NCBI GenBank assembly: GCA_050951725.1
Contig: JBMNJO010000001.1
Span: 924,967-988,966, forward strand
Origin: Syntrophomonadales bacterium
Lineage (GTDB): Bacteria; Bacillota; Syntrophomonadia; Syntrophomonadales; DTU052
DNA: 64,000 nucleotides
Reading direction: 5' to 3'
Part shown: positions 56,063 to 64,000 of the stretch, piece by piece
Layout: the number at the start of each line of letters is the position of its first letter
Position numbering within the stretch: the first letter of the stretch is position 1
Translations under genes and position numbers: made by a program
Notes under the pieces: generated by a model
Seen by the model: only the letters and a program-made list of their open reading frames with translations
The model's database searches: none
What the model was told of the DNA's origin: nothing

Positions 56063-58507
56063 TTACCTCCTGAAGTGGCTTCTGCCCGGAGTATGGTTTA
56101 TCCGCCGCAGTTTTTCACGCCGCCGGGGTTCCCCCCACTCCCGCAGACGGCGATTTACCAGATAATGCACACTATCTCTGGTAAACTCTCCGTTGGGTTC
56201 CATTTCACCGGCCTTTATACCCATAAGTATTTCGATCCCCTGATCGACGTTGTCGATGGCCCAGATGTGGAACTGTCCTTTCCGCACCGCTTCTGTAATC
56301 TCTTCATCCAGCATCAGGTTCTCGACATTTCGGCGGGGTATCATCACTCCCTGCTCTCCAGTAAGACCTCTTCTCTTACAGACCTCGAAATACCCGGATA
56401 TTTTCTGATTCACTCCGCCAATCGGCTGTATCTCCCCATTCTGGTTGACGGAACCGGTTACTGCAATACCCTGCTTGATCGGGACTCCGGCCAGACTTGA
56501 TATAATTGCATATAATTCTGCACTGGATGCACTATCCCCTTCAATGCCCTGATAAGTCTGTTCAAAGGTTACACTGGCCGACAGGGACAGAGGCTTATCC
56601 TGTGCATACTGGCCTCCCAGATAACCACCAAGGGTCAAGACCCCTTTGGTATGTATGGTACCGCTCATGCGCACCTCGCGTTCAATGTTCACAACCCCTT
56701 TTTCACCCATAAAGGTTTTGGCCGTGATCCGCGAAGGCTTGCCAAACATGTGATCCCCTATGGAATATACAGCCAATCCGTTGATCTCTCCCACCCGTTC
56801 ACCGGTCACCTCAATCAGAATCTTGCCGTCTTCGATCGCTTCCATGATCTTGTCTTCCAGCATATTGGAACGATAAACCTTCTCTTTGAGTGCTTGCTCC
56901 ACATCCTCGGCCTCAACCAGCTGGTGGTTGTTGTACCGGGCCCAGGTTGCCGACTCCAGAATTATGTCACGTATCCGGTTGAAGGTGATACTAAGTTTTC
57001 GTTGGTCTTCCGCCAGCCAAGTGCCGTAGTCAATTACCCTGGCAACTGCCTTGTTGGTGAAATGAGGCAGATTGTCCTTGCGACAGGTGGTACTGATGAA
57101 GGAACAGTATTCATTGATATGTTCCAACTCCCGGCTCATCTCGGTGTCGAACTCGACCTTGATTTTAAACAGCTTGCCGAAGTCTTCATCATGCATCTTC
57201 AGCAGGTAATAGACGAAAGGCTCACCGATAATGATGACCTTCAAATCGATCGGGATCGGTTCTGGCTGCAGGGTTTCCGCGCCTCCGAGGCTCAGGGACT
57301 TGTATAGACTCTCAATAGCTGCCTCCCGGTTTTTGAGCACCCGTTTCAGGGTGTCCCAGACCATGTAATTCCGGATAAGATCAATAAAATTCAGGATAAG
57401 GTAGCCACCATTGGCGCGGTGTATAGCTCCGCCCCTGATCTTAGTAAAATCTGTGGATAGAACCCCGAATTCACCTTCGTATTCAATGGTTCCAAACAGA
57501 TTGATAAAGGTGGGATTGGTTTCAACGACCACCGGTGCCTCAGTGCGGTCCGAGTTGTCAATCACCAGGTTTATCCTGTAGCGCCGCATGGCATGCCTTT
57601 TGTCAAGCCGCTTGAAAAGAATCAAGGGGTTCTGGCTCTCCTCCTGTTCGACGAAGAGCTCCAGGTTTTCAATTATATCGCGTTGCATCTCTTCCAGATG
57701 GATGACTATCTGCTGAAAATCCCGGTAGTTGTCATACAAGACAAAGAAAAGCGGGGCGATTGCGCCCCGGGCAGTTTCCTGTTCCAGGAGCCGCAGGCTT
57801 TCCTTTATTCCCCGTTCTAATTCCCGGTACTGTCTGATACCTTCATTGATTAATTCCTGAATAACCCGTCCCCGTTCCATCAGTTGAAATTTTTGCTTCT
57901 CATCCAACTCCTCGAATTCTTCGGGAGTAATTGGATGTCCATCTTTCAAGGGCACACTGGCAAACCCGTTCTGGCTTCTGGTGATAGTAAACCCCCGCTG
58001 CCGGGCTTCCTGTTCGGCATTGGCGTAAAGTTTGTTCGTCTTTTCGTAGAACTCCGTCAGTATCTGGTTTTTCTCCAACTCATAATCCTGTCCGTTAAAG
58101 ACCTTGGCCAACACCTGTTTGACCTTGTGGATCATGCCATCGATGTCGCGAACCAGCTTCTTTCCCATACCTCCAGGCAGACTGATGGCCCGGGGACGGT
58201 CGGGATCCCGAAAATTGAAGACATAACACCAGTCGTTCGGTACTTCACGGGTACTTGCTTTCTTTTTGGCCATATCACGTGCCAGGGTAGTCTTCCCGGT
58301 ACCCGCAGGACCGCACAGGAAAAGGTTGTAGCCGTGATAAGGAACATCCAAACCAAACTGCAAGGCCTTGATCGCCCGGTCCTGGCCAATAACACCCTTT
58401 AAAGGTTCAATTTCCGATGTATCCTTGAATGGTAAATGCTTAATATCACACATTTTTCTCAACTGATCTGCATTCAGTTCCAGGTCGACCCTAGTCAGAT
58501 TTATCAC
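56063..58507 (-). CDS. Lon-like AAA+ protease
   Basis: 814 aa with Walker A GPAGTGKT, an inserted helical region, and a C-terminal Lon S16 proteolytic domain (GDSASSAELYAIISSL). Confidence 0.8.
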   Translation of the reverse strand: MINLTRVDLELNADQLRKMCDIKHLPFKDTSEIEPLKGVIGQDRAIKALQFGLDVPYHGYNLFLCGPAGTGKTTLARDMAKKKASTREVPNDWCYVFNFRDPDRPRAISLPGGMGKKLVRDIDGMIHKVKQVLAKVFNGQDYELEKNQILTEFYEKTNKLYANAEQEARQRGFTITRSQNGFASVPLKDGHPITPEEFEELDEKQKFQLMERGRVIQELINEGIRQYRELERGIKESLRLLEQETARGAIAPLFFVLYDNYRDFQQIVIHLEEMQRDIIENLELFVEQEESQNPLILFKRLDKRHAMRRYRINLVIDNSDRTEAPVVVETNPTFINLFGTIEYEGEFGVLSTDFTKIRGGAIHRANGGYLILNFIDLIRNYMVWDTLKRVLKNREAAIESLYKSLSLGGAETLQPEPIPIDLKVIIIGEPFVYYLLKMHDEDFGKLFKIKVEFDTEMSRELEHINEYCSFISTTCRKDNLPHFTNKAVARVIDYGTWLAEDQRKLSITFNRIRDIILESATWARYNNHQLVEAEDVEQALKEKVYRSNMLEDKIMEAIEDGKILIEVTGERVGEINGLAVYSIGDHMFGKPSRITAKTFMGEKGVVNIEREVRMSGTIHTKGVLTLGGYLGGQYAQDKPLSLSASVTFEQTYQGIEGDSASSAELYAIISSLAGVPIKQGIAVTGSVNQNGEIQPIGGVNQKISGYFEVCKRRGLTGEQGVMIPRRNVENLMLDEEITEAVRKGQFHIWAIDNVDQGIEILMGIKAGEMEPNGEFTRDSVHYLVNRRLREWGEPRRREKLRRINHTPGRSHFRR

Positions 58508-58563
58508 TCCTTCATAAAAGCCGGTTTCATAATGATTCCAATTCCTATTCTACTGCGATGATT

Positions 58564-59388
58564 TTAAAAAGTGTATCCCATGCCGCTCCCGCCTTTGCTG
58601 ACCCTGGTTCCCAGTTCCCCGTATATCTGCGCGGCAGCGAAAAAGCCGGTGCAGTGGCTTACGGCAATTGTCTCCATATCGTATGACCGAAGTTGGTCAA
58701 TAGTCTTTCTCATCCTTGCTTCGTTGGCATTGATAAGATGGGTCCCTCCAATCCAGGCCTTGATCCTGTCAACCCCGGTCAGCGTCCTGGCATATTCTAT
58801 AGTGTTGATCATTCCAGCATGGGCACATCCACTTATTATGATAAGACCGTCAGGATGCTTGATAAAAAGGGCCTGGTCGTCATCGAAATTGTCGGTTTCC
58901 ATCTTTCCATCCACCTCAACACCAAAGTTCCCACCGGTGTCTTCAAAATCATTGGTACGGGGTATGGATCCGGACAGGATAACCCCCGGCATCAGTTCAA
59001 CCGGGCTGTCGTTGTACACCAGGTTGGCACCTTTCTTTTCCAGTTCCTCTGGTCGAGGCATGCCGATAAAGATCCTCTGATCACCGGCCAATGAGTATTT
59101 GGGTAGGGGAGCTTTACTATGTATATATACATCTCTGGGCCCCAGATATTCGAGGACCGGTGGCAATCCTCCGACGTGGTCAAAATGACCGTGACTGATG
59201 GCTATGAGTTCTACAGCCTGGGGTGGTATTTGCATCGTCTTTAGGTTTCTGACCAGGCCATCCGCCATGCCCGTATCAAATAGTATTCCCCGACCGTCAA
59301 CTCTAACCAACATCCCCAGACCATATTCGCCTACTACGCCGGGAATTGGAGTCGAGTTCTCTATGAGAACAGTCACGTCTACCTTCAT
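58564..59388 (-). CDS. MBL-fold metallo-hydrolase
   Basis: Start moved to MKVDVTVLIENS (GGGGGAATGGTGG RBS). It has the SHGHFDHVGG motif. Confidence 0.8.
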   Translation of the reverse strand: MKVDVTVLIENSTPIPGVVGEYGLGMLVRVDGRGILFDTGMADGLVRNLKTMQIPPQAVELIAISHGHFDHVGGLPPVLEYLGPRDVYIHSKAPLPKYSLAGDQRIFIGMPRPEELEKKGANLVYNDSPVELMPGVILSGSIPRTNDFEDTGGNFGVEVDGKMETDNFDDDQALFIKHPDGLIIISGCAHAGMINTIEYARTLTGVDRIKAWIGGTHLINANEARMRKTIDQLRSYDMETIAVSHCTGFFAAAQIYGELGTRVSKGGSGMGYTF

Positions 59389-59570
59389 CCACCATTCCCC
59401 CTTTCTGTAGTAATGATACCTTAATTTCCCGGAAAGCACACCCCCTTCCTGCTGTACCAGACAGGCGGGAACTACGGTCAAAGTGGGACAGGGAAACAGG
59501 TTCGCTGACCTGCTTTTCCGAAAGCAGCAGGACTGTAACAGGTACTTTCCGATTAAATCTTGAGTCTAGA

Positions 59571-59773
59571 GCCTGCGCAAAATTCCGGTGAGCGGACGTT
59601 GTATCCGAACGCCGCCGCACCCTGCTGAGCGACGGTGGAAATCAACCAAGCGACAGGACGCGAGATAAGTTTTTGTGACATGGACGAATAGAAGGAGTGA
59701 TGCTCGCCACCTGAACCTGAGCATTTGGCGTTACCAGTGCAGGACCCAGGAACGAACGGAATTTGCGCACGCC
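59571..59773 (-). repeat. structured intergenic repeat, copy R4 (strand inferred from wobble pairs)
   Basis: 203 nt. The terminal arms GCCTGCGCAAAATTCCG and CGGAATTTGCGCACGCC pair with each other. It is closely similar to copy R5 throughout. Confidence 0.65.
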
Positions 59774-59854
59774 GCTGCACATGAAGCCAGCTGTAGTCCT
59801 CCGCCCAGCATTCAATATTGAACAGTGAACTCGTCCCCTGTCCCACCTGCTGGT

Positions 59855-61870
59855 CTACCGTGAGAGGTTTTTCCACCAGTCCAACAGTTTCTGAATGCGG
59901 GGAATGGTTTTGCTTTCGTCGGTGGTATCTTCGTTCCCGCCCAACCAGTTTTCCCAGTTCCACCAGTAGTCCTGTTCCTGGTGCTCGTAACAGATTTGCT
60001 GGGGTTCGCTGCCGGTTAGGAACGCGGCTTCTATAGTGCGGGGACAGTTTTCGGTGGCAATCAACCCGGTATCAAGGTCAATCCGGGCCCTTACAATTCC
60101 CTGGGGTACCCTGAACTCCGATCGGGGCTGGTCTTCGAGAGCGGCCCCCATGAAACGGGCCCAAATAGGGCCGGCTATTCTGCCGCCGGAAAGGCCCACC
60201 GACCTGGCCTGTGAGTCATATCCCACCCATACGGCACAACTTAGTAACGGGGTATAACCGACAAACCAGGCATCGCGGTATTCCTGCGTGGTTCCGGTCT
60301 TGCCGGCTGAGGGACGTCCCACAGTGGAAGCCAAGTGAGACCCGGTTCCCCCGGACTGCATGACACCGGTAAGCATATCTGTGGTAATATAGGCATTTTG
60401 CGGGCTGATTATCTGCTCGGTTTGAGGCTCATTGGTTTCCAGGACCCGACCGTCAGCATCGGTCACCTTGAGAACAGCCACCGGTGTGACCAGTCGTCCA
60501 TCATTGGCGAACACTCCATAAGCAGAGGCCATCTCCAAAGGGCTTACCTCTGAGGTACCCAAAGCCAGTGACAAATATGGTTTTATCGGCCCCTCAAACC
60601 CAAATTTTCTGGCATGTTCGGCGGTCCTTTCCGGGCCTACCGCCTCATTTAACCTCACCGAAACAACGTTGTCGGAAACCATAATTGCTTCCTTCAAGGT
60701 GAATGGGCGGTAATGATACCCCTCATCTCCATAGTCAGTCGGCGCATAATCTGGTGCGCCCTTCTGCGGAAAACTCACTGGTTCACACATTATCATGTCA
60801 GCCGCAGTCAGACCCACATCGATGGCTTTGGAATAGAGGAATGGCTTGAATGCAGATCCCGGCTGCCGTTTGCTGTCCACCGCCCGGTTAAAAGGTGCGG
60901 TAACAAAGTCCCGTCCCCCAATCATCGCCCGAATATGGCCATTACTGGGATCAACCGCCACCAGGGCTGCCTGCAGCTCGTCGTTCTGGCTGGACAAGAC
61001 CTCATCATATGCTTGCTGCGCTTTTCGCTGCATGTCCAGGTCCAGGGTAGAAAAGACCCTCAGTCCCCCTCCGTAAGCCACAGCCGCCCCATACTTTTCT
61101 ACCAGATAATCGGCCACCATTTGTGAAAAATAGGGGGCGTCCCCACGGAGCGCCCCAGTTTTACGGTACTTCAGTTCCTCAGCGACGGCTGCTTCTTTCT
61201 CTTGCTCTGTAATAAACCCGAGTTCAACCATCTGGCTGAGTACCACCTGCTGCCTGGTCTTGGCGTGTTCCGGATAGCGATAAGGATCATAATAACTCGG
61301 CCGCCGCGGGATAGAGGCGATGATAGCACTTTCTGCCAGGCTCAGCTCCCGGGCCGGTTTGCCGAAGTAGGTTCTGGCAGCGGCCTCTATGCCGGTGGCT
61401 CCCTGTCCAAAGTAGATGGAATTAAGGTACATGGTAAAAATCTCATCCTTTGAAAAACGCCTCTCGAGGGCCATGGTATAGAACAGTTCTTTGAATTTGC
61501 GCACAAAGGTCCGCTCATGAGTCAAATACAGATTTTTAGCGGTTTGCTGGGTGATGGTGCTGCCACCCTCGGTCACCCGCCGGTTCTTGATGTTTACCCA
61601 GGTGGCTCGGGCCAGGGCCCGGGGATCAATCCCGATATGACTGTAAAAATTTCGGTCCTCGGTGGCGATGAATGCCTTTTCCACATAATCCGATATCTCG
61701 TCTAGACTAACCTGGTTTTGATTTTGGGGGTTTAGGCTTTTGATCTCCTGCCCATTGATATCATAGAGGATTGAGGGCTCTGGCATCCGCAGTCCCGGAA
61801 GTCCCCAATTGAACCCCAGGATGGCAACCAGTCCCAACAGCAGGATGATAACCAGTATGATTCTTTTCAC
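59855..61870 (-). CDS. class A penicillin-binding protein (PBP1A: transglycosylase/transpeptidase)
   Basis: 671 aa with an N-terminal TM segment, GT51 motifs (EDRNFYSH, GGSTITQQ), and transpeptidase motifs SAFKP and KTGTT. Confidence 0.9.
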   Translation of the reverse strand: MKRIILVIILLLGLVAILGFNWGLPGLRMPEPSILYDINGQEIKSLNPQNQNQVSLDEISDYVEKAFIATEDRNFYSHIGIDPRALARATWVNIKNRRVTEGGSTITQQTAKNLYLTHERTFVRKFKELFYTMALERRFSKDEIFTMYLNSIYFGQGATGIEAAARTYFGKPARELSLAESAIIASIPRRPSYYDPYRYPEHAKTRQQVVLSQMVELGFITEQEKEAAVAEELKYRKTGALRGDAPYFSQMVADYLVEKYGAAVAYGGGLRVFSTLDLDMQRKAQQAYDEVLSSQNDELQAALVAVDPSNGHIRAMIGGRDFVTAPFNRAVDSKRQPGSAFKPFLYSKAIDVGLTAADMIMCEPVSFPQKGAPDYAPTDYGDEGYHYRPFTLKEAIMVSDNVVSVRLNEAVGPERTAEHARKFGFEGPIKPYLSLALGTSEVSPLEMASAYGVFANDGRLVTPVAVLKVTDADGRVLETNEPQTEQIISPQNAYITTDMLTGVMQSGGTGSHLASTVGRPSAGKTGTTQEYRDAWFVGYTPLLSCAVWVGYDSQARSVGLSGGRIAGPIWARFMGAALEDQPRSEFRVPQGIVRARIDLDTGLIATENCPRTIEAAFLTGSEPQQICYEHQEQDYWWNWENWLGGNEDTTDESKTIPRIQKLLDWWKNLSR

Positions 61871-62262
61871 GTTATCCCTCCTCCAGGAGAGTTAATTCTG
61901 GTGTAATACCGATATGCAATCAGGCCGCAGGCCGACATTGCATTACGATGCCATCTCACAGCCCTGTCTATATTATAAGGTAAATATTCCCATTTATCAC
62001 CTGGGATATCCCAGAATCATTATTGACTGCCATTGTTTATTTTTGTTTTAAAACCATTACCGTTGACTATTATCGATCATCACGCGTATAGTAAAATGTG
62101 GACCGCAAGGTGACGATATCGTATAAGGATGGTGGTTTGAGTGGACCCCTGGCCAGACCGATGGCTTGAACAATCTCTTTATATAACAACATTTATTTTG
62201 GGGGGGTAACTCAATCTTCACCTGACGGTTTTGCCCTCCCGTAAAAAGGAGGGTTTGTTTAT

Positions 62263-63237
62263 ATGATCAAGACCTATTTTTATAAGCATGCCGATAATTC
62301 CATGTATCATGACGTCGACCTTTCTCTTTTGGATGTTCTCCTTTCTGACCAGGAAAACCTGTTGTGGATCGACCTCTATGACTGTTCGGTTCAGGAACTG
62401 ACTTATATCGGCAAGGTATTCAGTTTCCATCCCCTGGCCCTGGAGGACTGTCTCCAGGAGAGCCCGCGCGCCAAGGTTGACCACTACGAGGATTACAGTT
62501 TTTTCGTATTCCACGCCATGAAGTACAACGAAGAGGCTGAGGATGACGAGATAACCAGCATTGAACTGGATGTATTCCTGGGCACCAATTACGTGGTGAC
62601 CATCCACCCCACCGCACTCTACGCGGTCGGCGAAATCGCCCGGGTAAGCCTCAGGAAACCGGAAATGATGAACCGGGGACCTGATTACCTCCTCTATAAT
62701 ATTGTTGATAAATTGGTTGATGATTATTTCCCCATCGTTGAGCGATTGGGGGAGAGGATTGATGAACTGGAAGACGAGATGTATGTACACCCGGCCAAAG
62801 AGATTACGGAAGAAATTATGGCCCTCAAACGCTCCATTATCCTCTTACGAAAAGTTGTAATCCCGCAGCGCCGGATACTGGCCAATGTCAACAACCGGTA
62901 CTCATTTTCGGTTAGCGACGAGAACCGCCCCTATTACTATGACCTGGTGGAGCACCTGGACCGGATTATCGACGCCTCGGATGCCTACCGGGATCTGGTT
63001 AACGGCTCGATCAACACCTACTATTCAGTAGTATCCAGCCGTACCAACGAGATCCTGATGGTGCTGACAGTTATCTCCACCATCATGATGCCTCTGACCT
63101 TCATCACCGGACTTTACGGCATGAATGTCCATATCCCGGGACAGGATAACCCTTACTACTTCTGGTACATCGCGCTCGGCTGCGTCACCCTCATAGCCAC
63201 CATGCTGGCCACCTTCCGCCGCAAAAAATGGATATAA
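62263..63237 (+). CDS. corA: CorA-family magnesium/cobalt transporter
   Basis: 324 aa with the YGMN motif followed by two C-terminal TM helices. Confidence 0.9.
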   Translation: MIKTYFYKHADNSMYHDVDLSLLDVLLSDQENLLWIDLYDCSVQELTYIGKVFSFHPLALEDCLQESPRAKVDHYEDYSFFVFHAMKYNEEAEDDEITSIELDVFLGTNYVVTIHPTALYAVGEIARVSLRKPEMMNRGPDYLLYNIVDKLVDDYFPIVERLGERIDELEDEMYVHPAKEITEEIMALKRSIILLRKVVIPQRRILANVNNRYSFSVSDENRPYYYDLVEHLDRIIDASDAYRDLVNGSINTYYSVVSSRTNEILMVLTVISTIMMPLTFITGLYGMNVHIPGQDNPYYFWYIALGCVTLIATMLATFRRKKWI

Positions 63238-63250
63238 GAAATGGGACAGA

Positions 63251-63276
63251 GGGACAGATCTACTGTCCCATTTTTT
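63251..63276 (+). terminator. intrinsic terminator after corA
   Basis: GGGACAGATCTACTGTCCCATTTTTT. Confidence 0.8.
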
Positions 63277-63288
63277 GCTGCAGCTAAG

Positions 63289-63499
63289 GCCTGCGGTAAA
63301 TTCCGGTGAGCGGATGTTGGGTCCGAACTGTGCAACACCCTGCGAAGCTGAAGATGGAAAGCAGCCGAGCGACACGAGGTCGCGAGATAAGCCTTTTAGA
63401 CATGGACGTCGATTAGGCGGGGTGCTGCTTTCCACCTGAATCTAAGCAGTTGGTGCTGCCAGCGCAGGACCCAGGAAGCGAACGGAATTTACCGCAGGC
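63289..63499 (-). repeat. structured intergenic repeat, copy R5 (best preserved; strand inferred from wobble pairs)
   Basis: 211 nt with a perfect 17-bp terminal stem, GCCTGCGGTAAATTCCG / CGGAATTTACCGCAGGC. An internal 14-bp helix joins 63352-63365 and 63424-63437. Confidence 0.7.
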
Positions 63500-63622
63500 C
63501 GACGCGCGCGTAACCAGTAAACTCCCCGCACCAAGAAAACGGAAACAAGGGATCCAAGCCCCTTGCTTCCATATCCTGCATTGCATCACGGGGACAGTCC
63601 CCGTGATGCAGTTTGCTTCCGT

Positions 63623-64000
63623 TTATCCTCTTTCCCACTGCAGTATTCCCCGGGTTATAACCTGAGCCATGCGGTAGATCATGCTCAGCCGGCCCTGGTT
63701 CAGCTGTCCCGTTGAACGCAGGCTGTGGATCACCTCCACTTTTCCCACGATGGAGATATGGCCTACCAGGGGCAGTCGTTTGCGCAAGGCCTTGCCCGGA
63801 TATACTCCGCAGTTCTTTAACTCGATAATGCCTATCTCTTCGCTTTTGCCTGCTGACGCGTCGATGGCCAGTTCCAGAAAACCCGGATGTTCCTTTTGTA
63901 TCATCTCAATCCTGTTCCTGAGATTGCGGGCATGGATCGGCTGATCCAGGGTACCGTACACCGGCAGGGGGCACCCGGCCTCGACCAGCATGGTACCCAC
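63623..64000 (-). CDS. yyaC: sporulation protein YyaC-like (GPR-family protease fold), C-terminal part; the gene continues past the right edge
   Basis: VYGTLDQPIHARNL and AIDASAGK match the YyaC pattern (GTL..PVHA.N; DAclG). Confidence 0.7.
   Translation of the reverse strand: MGTMLVEAGCPLPVYGTLDQPIHARNLRNRIEMIQKEHPGFLELAIDASAGKSEEIGIIELKNCGVYPGKALRKRLPLVGHISIVGKVEVIHSLRSTGQLNQGRLSMIYRMAQVITRGILQWERG

Noticed and set aside
62098-62262. M-box (ykoK) magnesium riboswitch upstream of corA
   Set aside because: The leader lacks the M-box signature blocks (GUUAGGUGAGGC, ACACGGG, CUGCCCGAAA, GACG.CUAA). It is retained only as an unclassified leader.
63348-63354. CTGAAGA followed by a helix and GAA in R5, suggestive of a hammerhead ribozyme core
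   Set aside because: The sequence after stem II (CCUGAAUC) does not give the GAAA plus stem III plus cleavage-site arrangement. Copies E1 and E2 lack CUGANGA.
1-64000. CRISPR arrays, rRNA genes, IS/transposase genes and prophage structural genes
   Set aside because: I saw no regularly spaced short direct repeats, no rRNA-like conserved stretches, and no transposase, integrase, capsid or terminase motifs in any frame.

Overview
The window is a 64-kb chromosomal segment that looks like a spore-forming anaerobic Firmicute of the Clostridia type. Supporting markers are spoIIP, yyaC, an SLH-domain wall hydrolase and an OLE RNA locus. I saw no rRNA, CRISPR array, transposase or integrase. Most genes are on the minus strand. 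Left to right, the window holds:

- recN (partial), argR, a methyltransferase, nadK, tlyA and dxs, preceded by oapA and a ~590-nt non-coding OLE RNA
- an EF-G paralog, surE, lepB and folE
- an amino-acid ABC system whose permease carries a lipobox and about three substrate-binding-domain equivalents
- a small AT-rich spacer with a 45-codon double-glycine-leader peptide gene
- a NurA-HerA-Mre11-Rad50 cluster in which Rad50 is encoded in three pieces
- assorted transport, metal and hydrolase genes, then a DinG-like helicase
- CoA-transferase, thioesterase and acyl-CoA genes
- a five-gene alpha-glucan cluster (GT4, nucleotidyltransferase fused to a PGM-like domain, two GH57 enzymes, a methyltransferase)
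- ahcY, spoIIP, yjbQ, tRNA-Arg(CCG), a Lon-like protease, PBP1A, corA and yyaC (partial)

The main signal that annotation does not explain is a family of ~200-nt intergenic elements. It has four full copies, one truncated copy and one possible degenerate copy. The copies share conserved blocks but have different, internally compensated terminal stems. I could not assign them to any RNA or mobile-element class I know.

Other points worth follow-up are the three-piece Rad50 with a non-coding gap, the GG-leader micro-gene, a likely ATT start on dxs, a 38-nt promoter-proximal motif shared by two adjacent genes, and a corA leader that sequesters the ribosome-binding site. All protein calls rest on motif recognition by eye. 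No database search was run.
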